Source: a virus
DNA length: 62,946 bases
Strand: one strand, 5' to 3'
IMG/VR virus record: IMGVR_UViG_3300045988_087398
The position numbers and the translations under genes were made by a program. How positions within the stretch are numbered: position 1 is the stretch's first letter; every line of letters begins with the position of its first letter. Of the stretch, positions 36,440 to 43,744 are shown in pieces. Under the pieces are notes generated by a model. The model ran no database searches and was not told where the DNA came from. It was given only the letters and a program-made list of their open reading frames with translations.

Positions 36440-36734
36440 TTTTATATCGTTGTGACAAGATGTAATTCAGAGCCGTTTATTTGTCTATTATTTGACACTA
36501 AATGACCCATAAATGGCTTAAAACCTAGCTTCTAAGTTTCTGTTGAGGAAGCAGCAAAGGCTGGAAAGTTCTAAGAAAATGGCGTAAATGCTAGATTTCT
36601 AGAAGTAGTCAAAAGTGATAAAATGTGACAAAATGTACATCGTTTGACCACTATTTGACCATTACTTGACTACTACATTTGACCACTATAATGTCAAATA
36701 TATGGGAACCTTTCTTAACTGATTGGTTCCCTTT
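36440..36734. repeat. Candidate attP region with arm-type repeats TTTGAC(C/A)AC
   Basis: Copies near 36491, 36643, 36654, 36666 (cttgacta) and 36678, plus an inverted copy near 36691 (atgtcaaat). The non-coding stretch is adjacent to the integrase 3' end. A GGGAACC/GGTTCCC hairpin lies at 36703..36730. Confidence 0.5.
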
Positions 36735-37985
36735 TTATTGTATTTTTTCTAAGTCTTCTCTAAGCCACTCTACATCTCTTTCGGTGTAAGTGGATTCGGT
36801 TATATCTTGGATATTATGTCCAACCATCTCCTTTAAAGCATATTCGTCTACGTTTGCTTTCTTACATCGAGTGATAAATGTTTTTCTTGGATCGTGAGGT
36901 CTATGCTCAGGATTCAATTTCAATTGCTGTATCACCTTCGTAAAGCGGTTCTTATATTTGTCGTATGTAACAGCATAAGAACCGGCATGTGTTTGTCCTT
37001 TATCATTGAATAGATAAGGGCTTCCTAATTCTATTGCTTTGTCATAATTCATTTTCACAAGCCCTTTTATTTTTGCGTGGATGGGGACGATACGTTGTTT
37101 GCCAGCATTCGTCTTCATTCCGGCTTTCATATACCATTCATCCATATTCACCTCATCAAGACGTAAGGTAGCGAGTTCCTGTGGTCGCCACCCCATATAC
37201 ATCTGAATAATCACCCAATCAGCATATTTTACAACTCCTATATTTTTCCACAATTTATCAATTTCATCTTCGCTGAAAATAATATGTGGTTTCTTAGAGT
37301 TTTCGATATTCTCAACTATGTCGTCAGATAAGTTGAACGTCCGGGCATAATTCTTATCTACAATCTCATATTCTTCAGCGTAATCAAGCAATAGATTGAA
37401 CGTAGATTTAATTCTCGATTTAATCCCTGGGGATGGGTAAATCTTTTTGTCTTTTTCCTTACCTTTTGTTCCTATTCGATATCCTTCCTCGATGCATCCT
37501 TTTATGTGCCGGGCTCTAACGTCTTTTGCTCTCATGTCATATATGGACGAGCAATATGACCACGCTGCTGTAACAGATCGAGTAGCGGACGGCGATATGC
37601 CAGAAAAATATTCTTTGCTCCATTTCATATACAACTCTTTCACTGTTAAATCATTATTCAAGTCATAAGGATTTCGTCTGTACTCCATCAATGCTTCGTA
37701 TGCCTCGTTGTATGTTGGGAAATAGCAAGTTGGCTTTAACTGTTTCAAAATAGGTTTGCCATCTGGTGTCTTTCCAACTGTAACTCTGGCTCTAAAACGA
37801 TTTCTCAATGGTTTGTTTTTAATCTCAGTAATACTTCCAAAGCCATTAGGCAATCGTCGTCGCTTAGTTGTCCTTGGACGAACCTGCGATTGTTTTGAGA
37901 GCGGATAACCACAATGCGGACAAGTTAGTGCTTTATCGCTGACCTGTAATTCACATTCTGGACATTTTGTGAGCATAAGCATCAC
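36735..37985 (-). CDS. int: Tyrosine integrase with N-terminal zinc ribbon and AP2-like arm-binding domain
   Basis: CPECELQVS...CPHCGYPL; LPNGFGSITE...RFRARVTVG...FPTYNEAYEAL; catalytic WRPQEL...HDPRKTF...VGHNI...STYTERD. Confidence 0.9.
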   Translation of the reverse strand: MMLMLTKCPECELQVSDKALTCPHCGYPLSKQSQVRPRTTKRRRLPNGFGSITEIKNKPLRNRFRARVTVGKTPDGKPILKQLKPTCYFPTYNEAYEALMEYRRNPYDLNNDLTVKELYMKWSKEYFSGISPSATRSVTAAWSYCSSIYDMRAKDVRARHIKGCIEEGYRIGTKGKEKDKKIYPSPGIKSRIKSTFNLLLDYAEEYEIVDKNYARTFNLSDDIVENIENSKKPHIIFSEDEIDKLWKNIGVVKYADWVIIQMYMGWRPQELATLRLDEVNMDEWYMKAGMKTNAGKQRIVPIHAKIKGLVKMNYDKAIELGSPYLFNDKGQTHAGSYAVTYDKYKNRFTKVIQQLKLNPEHRPHDPRKTFITRCKKANVDEYALKEMVGHNIQDITESTYTERDVEWLREDLEKIQ

Positions 37986-38120
37986 TCCTTTCTATTTTTG
38001 TGCGAACTATATTACTACGTTTTTTTTTATTTTGTCAACCGTTTGGGCAAACTACATCATGGGAATTCGATCAATTATCGTCTTACTTATTATGTAACAA
38101 ATTTTTTGGGAAGGAGCGTG

Positions 38121-38447
38121 ATGAAAATGCCAAAAGGAAAATGTGAAGGCGGTTGTAAGAATTTGAAGCACTATGATTGGAGGTTGAGAAAAGTATACGA
38201 CAAGGGTCGAGTCGCAGTACCAATTAAGGTTGAAAGACTCAAATGTAAAGATTGTGGACACATGACATTGAGATATCCGGATGATGTTTTATCGTACAAA
38301 CAATATGATAAGGACATTTACGAAGGGGTCGTCGAAGGATTTATTACGCCGGATACGTACGGATTTGAAGAATACCCATCCGAGAGAACAATGCAACGTT
38401 GGCTTAAAGAGCATAAAGATGACGATATGGATAATTCTTCCAAATAA
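38121..38447 (+). CDS. Zinc-ribbon protein (DUF6431-like pattern)
   Basis: AAGGAG RBS. CEGGCKNL...RLKCKDCGH... Confidence 0.4.
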   Translation: MKMPKGKCEGGCKNLKHYDWRLRKVYDKGRVAVPIKVERLKCKDCGHMTLRYPDDVLSYKQYDKDIYEGVVEGFITPDTYGFEEYPSERTMQRWLKEHKDDDMDNSSK

Positions 38448-38522
38448 AATCAAAAACAATATACAATATTTATATTCGTATGCTATAATATATCTATAAT
38501 TTTATGGGGAGGTGAAAAAACA

Positions 38523-38660
38523 ATGCAGATGTGTCCATTTTGCGACCGGGTGTACGACGAATCAGAATACAGTCGTTGTCCTTATTGCTCTGGCGAGTTA
38601 AGAAGACGACCAAGATTACAGTTTCGTTATGTATTAGAATGGAGTGTAGAAATGCACTAA
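38523..38660 (+). CDS. Small zinc-ribbon protein (45 aa; below ORF-track cutoff)
   Basis: GGGGAGGTG RBS. MQMCPFCDRVY...RCPYCSGEL, followed by the terminator at 38681. Confidence 0.5.
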   Translation: MQMCPFCDRVYDESEYSRCPYCSGELRRRPRLQFRYVLEWSVEMH

Positions 38661-38680
38661 TCGTAGCGCCGATCATTTAC

Positions 38681-38718
38681 AAGCCTGTTGATAGAAATGT
38701 CAGCAGGCTTTTTTATTT
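38681..38718 (+). terminator. Rho-independent terminator
   Basis: aagcctg...caggctt stem followed by TTTTTATTTT. Confidence 0.6.
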
Positions 38719-38830
38719 TATTCGTATATTTCTTTGAATTACCCCTCCCTATATAACAACCAAATCCACCTAAGTTGTCGTGACGAATCATAGCGATTGA
38801 TGTATATTCGTGTCACAAGGAGGTGAAAAG

Positions 38831-39082
38831 ATGCAAGATATAGTATTTGGTCCCGGTTCAGTTCCGGTAGCAGTAGCTGCTAGAGTATACGGTAAGGATG
38901 CAAACTGGATTAGAGCGGGTATTGTGACTGGATATCTGGACATAGGGACCGCTACTAGGAGGGGTAAAGTAATAACGTCCATAGAACAAATGAATAGTAA
39001 GTACGGACGGATCAATTATTATATATCTCCTAAGAAATTGTATGCTGAAACTGGTTATATTTGGAAAGGAGTAACGCGATGA
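38831..39082 (+). CDS. Putative excisionase-like/DNA-binding protein
   Basis: AAGGAGGTG RBS. The call rests on small size and its position in the integration module; sequence support is weak. Confidence 0.3.
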   Translation: MQDIVFGPGSVPVAVAARVYGKDANWIRAGIVTGYLDIGTATRRGKVITSIEQMNSKYGRINYYISPKKLYAETGYIWKGVTR

Positions 39083-39492
39083 AATCTGAATTATCAAAGA
39101 GAAATCCATATTGGATTGAAAAACACCGGTATTACGAATTACGTCATTTTTGTTTGCAATATCCTATTTGGAAAAGTTCATACAATTCTTTGTATGGTTT
39201 ATCAAAACATATACATATAAGCGATGTTACTAATTCGTCAAAAACAAAAAATATTCCAGATCCAACGGCAACGATTGCAGGAAAAAGGATGTTTTATTCA
39301 GACCGGATGAAGATGATTACGGAAACGGCAAAGAACACAGATGAGTCATTGGCAAAATATCTTGTGTGTGGTGTGACGGAAGGATTATCATACGATACGC
39401 TTCGAGCTCGCCACAATATTCCATGTTGTAGAGATACATATTATGACATGTATCGAAAGTTTTTTTGGCTGCTTAGCAATGTACGAGATTAA
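39079..39492 (+). CDS. Putative sigma-70 region-4-like / RinA-ArpU-type phage transcription activator
   Basis: ATGA coupling to the upstream gene. The C-terminal YLVCGVTEGLSYDTLRARHNIPCCRDTYYDMYRKFFWLL looks like a region-4 HTH. It lies directly upstream of the first element of the cassette array. Confidence 0.4.
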   Translation: MKSELSKRNPYWIEKHRYYELRHFCLQYPIWKSSYNSLYGLSKHIHISDVTNSSKTKNIPDPTATIAGKRMFYSDRMKMITETAKNTDESLAKYLVCGVTEGLSYDTLRARHNIPCCRDTYYDMYRKFFWLLSNVRD

Positions 39493-39514
39493 AATTCTAA
39501 TCTAGATTAGAATT
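39493..39514. promoter_or_regulatory. 22-bp perfect palindrome AATTCTAATCTAGATTAGAATT (operator candidate) abutting element copy 1
   Basis: Read directly from the sequence. A shorter copy, TAATCTAGATTA, lies at 40868..40879. Confidence 0.6.
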
Positions 39515-39540
39515 CGCGTAGAAAACAGATTGTTTTATGG
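39513..39540 (+). promoter_or_regulatory. TTCGCG-N14-TATTATGA element, copy 1
   Basis: ttcgcg tagaaaacagattg ttttatgg. Its first 18 nt are shared with copy 7. Confidence 0.6.
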
Positions 39541-39575
39541 AACTATAATTTATATTTTTAAGGAGGAACAATATT

Positions 39576-39911
39576 ATGGAGATGAAGAGTTTAGGAACTT
39601 GTTATTTGTACGAGGTTACAAAAACAGGAATGACGAAATGCTTCGGAGAGGTTTTTCATCAGGATGCGATTACCAAAGAAGATGGACGCACCATACCTGG
39701 GACGACCGCATTTCGACCTCAGCAGGGAGGATCGGTTATTGTGGCGTCCGAGGAAGGATGCATTCTTGATGGTACGATCTGGTATTATGACGATGAACCG
39801 GAAGAAGCGCTTAAGAAGCTGTATAAAGCAGAACGTGCAAAATTAGCAAGACTCAACAATGATGTCTATCGACAGGAAATGATTGTGCTTAATCTTAAAG
39901 CAAAATTATAG
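39576..39911 (+). CDS. Hypothetical protein (cassette ORF, 111 aa)
   Basis: AAGGAGGAAC RBS. Flanked by element copy 1 and the terminator at 39919. Confidence 0.6.
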   Translation: MEMKSLGTCYLYEVTKTGMTKCFGEVFHQDAITKEDGRTIPGTTAFRPQQGGSVIVASEEGCILDGTIWYYDDEPEEALKKLYKAERAKLARLNNDVYRQEMIVLNLKAKL

Positions 39912-39918
39912 AAGGATC

Positions 39919-39948
39919 GAGCCCCTAACAAGGGCTCTTTCTTTTTTT
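39919..39948 (+). terminator. Terminator of the shared GAGyCC-TAACA-GGrCTC family
   Basis: gagccc-ctaacaa-gggctc hairpin followed by TTTCTTTTTTT. The T-tract runs into element copy 2. Confidence 0.7.
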
Positions 39949-39975
39949 ACGCGAAAATTACATTTCCTATTATGA
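39948..39975 (+). promoter_or_regulatory. TTCGCG-N14-TATTATGA element, copy 2
   Basis: tacgcg aaaattacatttcc tattatga. 32 nt are identical to copy 5. Confidence 0.6.
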
Positions 39976-40016
39976 AAACAAAGACAACATATCATAAAAA
40001 GGAAAGGATGATTATT

Positions 40017-40085
40017 ATGTTAAAACTATTTGTAATAGTAGCATTTATTATTGCAGGAATTTGGTTTGTTGAATGTGTTGATTAA
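40017..40085 (+). CDS. Micro-ORF, 22-aa single-TM peptide (MLKLFVIVAFIIAGIWFVECVD)
   Basis: AAAAGGAAAGG RBS. Bracketed by element copy 2 and the terminator at 40090. Confidence 0.45.
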   Translation: MLKLFVIVAFIIAGIWFVECVD

Positions 40086-40089
40086 GGAG

Positions 40090-40117
40090 GAAGTCCTACA
40101 TGGGCTTCTTTCTTTTG
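40090..40117 (+). terminator. Terminator of the shared hairpin family
   Basis: gaagtcc-tacat-gggcttc hairpin followed by TTTCTTTTGTTTT. Confidence 0.6.
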
Positions 40118-40119
40118 TT

Positions 40120-40147
40120 TTCGCATAAATATCATCCTATTCTATGG
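40120..40147 (+). promoter_or_regulatory. TTCGCG-N14-TATTATGA element, copy 3 (degenerate: TTCGCA...TTCTATGG)
   Basis: ttcgca taaatatcatccta ttctatgg. The spacing is the same. Confidence 0.45.
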
Positions 40148-40159
40148 GAGGTGAGAACA

Positions 40160-40327
40160 GTGAAAAACATACTGACGATTATCATGAGTATAGTATTGGT
40201 TCTTATGCTGGTGATTGATATATTTTTCTATCAAAGACCAGAAGGAAGAATGTTTATGCTTATACTCGCAACAATTGGAGGTGTATGCAGCATCATTATG
40301 TTCGAACAAGACGAAGCAGAGTCCTAA
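40160..40327 (+). CDS. Small membrane protein (55 aa, 2 TM) ending ...EAES
   Basis: GTG start after GGGAGG. The stop TAA lies in the loop of the terminator hairpin. Confidence 0.55.
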   Translation: MKNILTIIMSIVLVLMLVIDIFFYQRPEGRMFMLILATIGGVCSIIMFEQDEAES

Positions 40328-40344
40328 CATGGACTCTTCTTTTT
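40318..40344 (+). terminator. Shared-family terminator with the stop codon in the loop
   Basis: agagtcc-TAAcat-ggactct hairpin followed by TCTTTTT. Confidence 0.75.
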
Positions 40345-40370
40345 CGCGAAAATTACAAGGTGTATTATGA
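40343..40370 (+). promoter_or_regulatory. TTCGCG-N14-TATTATGA element, copy 4
   Basis: ttcgcg aaaattacaaggtg tattatga. Confidence 0.6.
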
Positions 40371-40446
40371 GAGAATAGACACTCGAAAGGGCAGTGAAGT
40401 TTGAGGATCCAAGCATCATTGGAAACTAATCGGGAAGGAGATAATA

Positions 40447-40599
40447 GTGAAAACTATGCACGAGGCTAGATCGAAAGATGAACTATATCGAAAGATATAC
40501 CATGAGCCTGAGGGAAATATCGGCGTCCTTCGAGTGGAATTGATGTATTCTTTTCTTTTTCGCGAAAATTACATTTCCTATTATGAAAACAATTCATAA
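40447..40599 (+). CDS. Possible 50-aa ORF (cassette without its own terminator; reads through element copy 5)
   Basis: GTG after GGGAAGGAG. The frame was checked codon by codon. This may be a decayed cassette. Confidence 0.25.
   Translation: MKTMHEARSKDELYRKIYHEPEGNIGVLRVELMYSFLFRENYISYYENNS
40559..40586 (+). promoter_or_regulatory. TTCGCG-N14-TATTATGA element, copy 5
   Basis: ttcgcg aaaattacatttcc tattatga. Confidence 0.6.
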
Positions 40600-40614
40600 A
40601 AAGGAGTGATTTAT

Positions 40615-40842
40615 ATGATGAATTTATATAATTATTTAGCAGTTATGATTACAGAGCGTATGACTGGATTGGATCATACTTGTCTCAAGATTTGGGATTT
40701 TTATACATATGTGTATACATTATCTACAGTTGAGAAAGCTATGAACATTACAATCATAGGTTTGGTATTAATTACTGTATGCGTTATAGCAATTATCGTA
40801 TTAAACAAATTTGAGAAGAAATTGAAGAGTGAGGAAGCCTAA
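40615..40842 (+). CDS. Small membrane protein (75 aa, C-terminal TM) ending ...SEEA
   Basis: AAAAGGAG RBS. The stop TAA lies in the terminator loop. Confidence 0.6.
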   Translation: MMNLYNYLAVMITERMTGLDHTCLKIWDFYTYVYTLSTVEKAMNITIIGLVLITVCVIAIIVLNKFEKKLKSEEA

Positions 40843-40862
40843 CATGGGCTTCTTCTCTTTTT
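40831..40862 (+). terminator. Shared-family terminator with the stop codon in the loop
   Basis: gaggaagcc-TAAcatg-ggcttcttc hairpin followed by TCTTTTT. Confidence 0.75.
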
Positions 40863-40867
40863 ATTTT

Positions 40868-40879
40868 TAATCTAGATTA
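40868..40879. promoter_or_regulatory. Palindrome TAATCTAGATTA (second copy of the 39493 operator core)
   Basis: Read directly. Followed by the AT-rich gaattttatattttacaac. Confidence 0.5.
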
Positions 40880-40987
40880 GAATTTTATATTTTACAACAC
40901 AGACAAACCCATAATAAATGATATTTTGATATTGGAAAAATTCCCGGGTGGGGTTTTCATAAAAACAAAATGGAAGGAGGAAAACAA

Positions 40988-41194
40988 ATGGTTGCATTAG
41001 CGATTACTTTGGTGATTACCAACATTCTTTGGCTTTTATATTTTCAGTGGTGGCGGAAGAAGAAAACATTGGGATCTATCATTATTACGGACGAAGACTC
41101 TTTGTACGTAGAATTGGAAGATCACGAGTCTATGGATAAGATTCATAAGAGTAAAGATGTTATTTTTTCAGTGCATATGGAATCGCGTAAATAA
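40988..41194 (+). CDS. Small membrane protein (68 aa, N-terminal TM)
   Basis: GGAAGGAGG RBS. MVALAITLVITNILWLLYFQWW... Confidence 0.6.
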   Translation: MVALAITLVITNILWLLYFQWWRKKKTLGSIIITDEDSLYVELEDHESMDKIHKSKDVIFSVHMESRK

Positions 41195-41234
41195 CGTGGG
41201 CTATTATGAATAAAATTTAAGGAGGTATAAAGCA

Positions 41235-41591
41235 ATGGACAAAATTAAGGAAGCATTGTGGAATGACTACGAGGAGAAGAAGGGATTATTGAATGACATG
41301 GAACCAGGCTCAGACGAGTATAAGGTTGTTGCATCAGAAGTCGATAATATCCGGAAAGAGCTTATTGATGTCAATAAGACTGTAGCTGAGAACGAATTTA
41401 AGGTTACTCAGGCGGCAGACGATTCGAAGAAAGAGAAGACTCGGAACCGGATTTCTATCGGAACTTTTATTACATCAACCGCATTATCGTTGTATGCCAT
41501 TGGAAAGACATTCAAATTTGATTCGTCATCGACAGTCACATCCACATTGGGTCGGAATATTTTGAATGCGTTTATTCCAAAGAAGAGATAA
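41235..41591 (+). CDS. Hypothetical protein (coiled coil plus C-terminal hydrophobic segment)
   Basis: AAGGAGG RBS, 118 aa. Confidence 0.6.
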   Translation: MDKIKEALWNDYEEKKGLLNDMEPGSDEYKVVASEVDNIRKELIDVNKTVAENEFKVTQAADDSKKEKTRNRISIGTFITSTALSLYAIGKTFKFDSSSTVTSTLGRNILNAFIPKKR

Positions 41592-41604
41592 TTATTCAAA
41601 ACGG

Positions 41605-41635
41605 GACGCTGAGGAAACTTGGCGTCTTAGTTTTT
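41605..41635 (+). terminator. Rho-independent terminator
   Basis: gacgc-tgaggaaacttg-gcgtc hairpin followed by TTAGTTTTT, running into element copy 6. Confidence 0.6.
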
Positions 41636-41661
41636 CGCGAAATAAACATCGACTATTATGA
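41634..41661 (+). promoter_or_regulatory. TTCGCG-N14-TATTATGA element, copy 6
   Basis: ttcgcg aaataaacatcgac tattatga. Confidence 0.6.
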
Positions 41662-41734
41662 AAGGATGATATATAATTATTTATATTATTGTCCTTATCT
41701 TAACGGAAAGGGCTTGCTTTAAGGAGGCAGGTAA

Positions 41735-41890
41735 ATGGAAGATAACATGAAAGAATTTGTTGCATTCAGTAGAAAATTACTGAGAAGTTTGAAAGAACTT
41801 CGTGAACTTCTGGCTAAGGACGATAAGGAATTAGCTTTGAAGAAACTCGATGAGTTGATTGACGATACTCAGAAGGATATTGAAGCATAA
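41735..41890 (+). CDS. Small helical protein (51 aa; below ORF-track cutoff)
   Basis: AAGGAGG RBS. MEDNMKEFVAFSRKLLRSLKELRELLAKDDKELALKKLDELIDDTQKDIEA. A terminator follows. Confidence 0.5.
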   Translation: MEDNMKEFVAFSRKLLRSLKELRELLAKDDKELALKKLDELIDDTQKDIEA

Positions 41891-41908
41891 TATCGAGTTA
41901 TCAGAAAT

Positions 41909-41946
41909 GGCCTGTGGTTGAAAAATCGCAGGCTCTTTCTTTTTTA
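41909..41946 (+). terminator. Rho-independent terminator
   Basis: ggcctg...caggct stem followed by CTTTCTTTTTT. Confidence 0.55.
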
Positions 41947-41957
41947 TATATTTTATT

Positions 41958-42317
41958 ATGAGATATCATTACGAAAAACCAAAATTATACAATTCAATAT
42001 ATGGACAGATATACGAATGTAATCACCCAGTCTATAGCAGGTGCACATTATATTTGATAGGTAATAAGGGCTTAGCTGTGATTCAGCAGCGATATAACCC
42101 GGAGAATAAAACAACTTGGTGGACCGAAATAGACCCGTGGTTGAATAATACTTTATATTTGCATCCGGGATTTAAGAAGTTTTTCGATGAGAGAGCTGGA
42201 GAGCCAGTCGAAGAATTGTATCCGACCGTCTCTGTACGGCAAATTATGTGGGCTTTGAAGATGAAACCAATAAAGCGAGAACGATGGGAAACATGTTTTG
42301 ATCGGCGATATATTTGA
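41958..42317 (+). CDS. Hypothetical protein (119 aa)
   Basis: ORF; the ATG lies within ttttattATGa. No upstream TTCGCG box or obvious RBS was seen. Confidence 0.5.
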   Translation: MRYHYEKPKLYNSIYGQIYECNHPVYSRCTLYLIGNKGLAVIQQRYNPENKTTWWTEIDPWLNNTLYLHPGFKKFFDERAGEPVEELYPTVSVRQIMWALKMKPIKRERWETCFDRRYI

Positions 42318-42318
42318 A

Positions 42319-42346
42319 TTCGCGTAGAAAACACACAGTTTTATGG
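42319..42346 (+). promoter_or_regulatory. TTCGCG-N14-TATTATGA element, copy 7
   Basis: ttcgcg tagaaaacacacag ttttatgg. The leader ttttatggaggtgatatttatg is identical to that of copy A. Confidence 0.6.
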
Positions 42347-42357
42347 AGGTGATATTT

Positions 42358-42693
42358 ATGGCAATAACAGAAATTTTAAGTAAGTATTCTAAGAGATTTG
42401 ATGATTCTTGTATTTCTTGGGCAAGAGATCCAGAATTGAACATTTATTTCCTAAAGTACATACAAGATTATGCCAATGATTTACTACAGCGTAGCGGATA
42501 TCTATTTCTAAATAGAGTATTTGAATTATTAGGAATAGCACCAACTAAAGCTGGACAAATCGTTGGATGGATTTATGCTCCAGGAAAAATGATCGATTTT
42601 GGAATTTCAAAAGAAGACGGAACATCAAACTATATGCTTAATTTTAATGTTGATGGCGAAATATTAGACAAAACTGATATGGAAGATTATTAG
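42358..42693 (+). CDS. Stand-alone paralog of the C-terminal domain of 47484..48416
   Basis: DPELNIYFLKYIQDYANDLLQRSGYLFLNRVFELLGIAPTKAGQIVGWIY...NFNVDGEILD compared with DPELNLMFLRKQQDFLNDRLKAEGYLFLNDVYDALGIQKTKIGQIAGWVY...DFNCDGDILD. Confidence 0.65.
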   Translation: MAITEILSKYSKRFDDSCISWARDPELNIYFLKYIQDYANDLLQRSGYLFLNRVFELLGIAPTKAGQIVGWIYAPGKMIDFGISKEDGTSNYMLNFNVDGEILDKTDMEDY

Positions 42694-42700
42694 GAATGCT

Positions 42701-42736
42701 AAGGCTCAGTGTAGAAATACATTGGGTCTTTTCTTT
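42701..42736 (+). terminator. Rho-independent terminator (28 nt identical to 2903..2930)
   Basis: aaggctcagtg-tagaaata-cattgggtctt hairpin followed by TTCTTTTT. Confidence 0.7.
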
Positions 42737-42764
42737 TTCGCGTAAAAAACATATCCCTTTATGA
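42737..42764 (+). promoter_or_regulatory. TTCGCG-N14-TATTATGA element, copy 8
   Basis: ttcgcg taaaaaacatatcc ctttatga. Confidence 0.55.
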
Positions 42765-42799
42765 AAATAAACTACATTACATAAACGGAGGTATGTGTT

Positions 42800-42982
42800 A
42801 TGAATATTAAGAAAAAAGAAGCAAAGAAGATGATTAAATTGTTGGACGATAAGGCAAGATATGCATTGCAAAATATGATGTTTGCAATTGAGCATAAACT
42901 GCCTATTGAATCGCAGTTTAGAGGAGAGGCTAAAGCTTATTTAGACTTAAGAGACGAATTAATGCGAGGTTTGAAGAAGTAG
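42800..42982 (+). CDS. Small helical protein (60 aa)
   Basis: ACGGAGG RBS. Flanked by element copy 8 and the terminator at 42990. Confidence 0.55.
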   Translation: MNIKKKEAKKMIKLLDDKARYALQNMMFAIEHKLPIESQFRGEAKAYLDLRDELMRGLKK

Positions 42983-42989
42983 TTATTTG

Positions 42990-43025
42990 GGAGTAGATTT
43001 GACAGAGTCTATTCCTTTTCTTTTT
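42990..43025 (+). terminator. Rho-independent terminator
   Basis: ggagtaga-tttgacagag-tctattcc hairpin followed by TTTTCTTTTT. Confidence 0.6.
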
Positions 43026-43051
43026 CGCGAAAATTACATACTGTATTATGA
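43024..43051 (+). promoter_or_regulatory. TTCGCG-N14-TATTATGA element, copy 9
   Basis: ttcgcg aaaattacatactg tattatga. Confidence 0.6.
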
Positions 43052-43080
43052 GGAAATCAAAGAAAGGAAGGTATATTTAT

Positions 43081-43257
43081 ATGATACTTACAACATTATT
43101 AATTATTGCAGCTTTAATAACAATAGTGGTTTTAGCATTTGCGGTATTAGCCGGGGGTGCAGGATTCTTATTGGTGTTTGGAGATGTAATTGTATTTGTA
43201 TTGGTGGTTGTAGGAATTATTAAATCCTTAACCAAGAAAAAGAAATCCAAGAAATAG
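43081..43257 (+). CDS. Small membrane protein (58 aa, 2 TM, Lys-rich tail)
   Basis: AAAGGAAGG RBS. MILTTLLIIAALITIVVLAFAVLAGGAGFLLVFGDVIVFVLVVVGII... Confidence 0.6.
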   Translation: MILTTLLIIAALITIVVLAFAVLAGGAGFLLVFGDVIVFVLVVVGIIKSLTKKKKSKK

Positions 43258-43282
43258 GAGAGCTACGGCTCTCTTATTTTTT
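43258..43282 (+). terminator. Terminator GAGAGC-tacg-GCTCTC
   Basis: Perfect 6-bp stem with a tetraloop, directly after the stop TAG, followed by TTATTTTTT. Confidence 0.7.
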
Positions 43283-43308
43283 CGCGAAAAATACTTTCAC
43301 TATTATGA
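43281..43308 (+). promoter_or_regulatory. TTCGCG-N14-TATTATGA element, copy 10
   Basis: ttcgcg aaaaatactttcac tattatga. Confidence 0.6.
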
Positions 43309-43347
43309 CAATAATAACAGTTTTCATAAATGAAAGGAGAAAACATT

Positions 43348-43557
43348 ATGATTAAAGCATTGAAAGAGTACAAGGACGAGGTATTGAAACCAGAAATAGC
43401 ATGGTTAAAAAGACACTGGATTGGGTTTTTAGTGTATTTGGTAATATGCTTTATTACGGGGTTTGTATCAACGATGGTACGTAATATCAAAGAAAAGAAG
43501 AAACATAATGAAGACGATTATTATGAAGATCGTTATGGCAAAGAGGAGGAGTCCTAA
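43348..43557 (+). CDS. Small membrane protein (69 aa, 1 TM) ending ...KEEES
   Basis: AAAGGAGA RBS. The stop TAA lies in the terminator loop. Confidence 0.6.
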   Translation: MIKALKEYKDEVLKPEIAWLKRHWIGFLVYLVICFITGFVSTMVRNIKEKKKHNEDDYYEDRYGKEEES

Positions 43558-43574
43558 TGGACTCTTCTTTTTAT
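43546..43574 (+). terminator. Shared-family terminator with the stop codon in the loop
   Basis: gaggagtcc-TAAt-ggactcttc hairpin followed by TTTTTATTT. Confidence 0.75.
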
Positions 43575-43602
43575 TTCGCGTCGTTTACATTTCCTATTAT
43601 GA
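43575..43602 (+). promoter_or_regulatory. TTCGCG-N14-TATTATGA element, copy 11
   Basis: ttcgcg tcgtttacatttcc tattatga. Confidence 0.6.
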
Positions 43603-43628
43603 AAACATATAGGAAAGGAGACAAAATA

Positions 43629-43700
43629 ATGAATGCAGTTATAGCAATATTGGCTGGCGCATTAATTTATGCGATCCTGAACAAGGTGGATAAGAAATAG
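43629..43700 (+). CDS. Micro-ORF, 23-aa single-TM peptide (MNAVIAILAGALIYAILNKVDKK)
   Basis: AGGAAAGGAGA RBS. Bracketed by element copy 11 and the terminator at 43701. Confidence 0.45.
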   Translation: MNAVIAILAGALIYAILNKVDKK

Positions 43701-43725
43701 GAGGGCTACGGCTCTCTTATTTTTA
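43701..43725 (+). terminator. Terminator GAGGGC-tacg-GCTCTC (near-copy of 43258)
   Basis: Stem-loop directly after the stop TAG, followed by TTATTTTT. Confidence 0.65.
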
Positions 43726-43744
43726 TAAGAAAGGAGATGATCTA

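Noticed and set aside
36400-36734. Possible tRNA or small RNA gene in the attP-side intergenic region
   Set aside because: No cloverleaf-compatible arms or conserved T-loop (GTTCRA) or D-loop features were seen by eye. The region is dominated by short direct repeats. No tRNAscan run was possible.
39972-43602. The ATG inside TATTATGA as a leaderless start codon
   Set aside because: It is in frame with the downstream ORF only at 39972, 43048 and 43599. In the other copies it hits a stop within 3-9 codons. Every cassette has a proper RBS-ATG further downstream.
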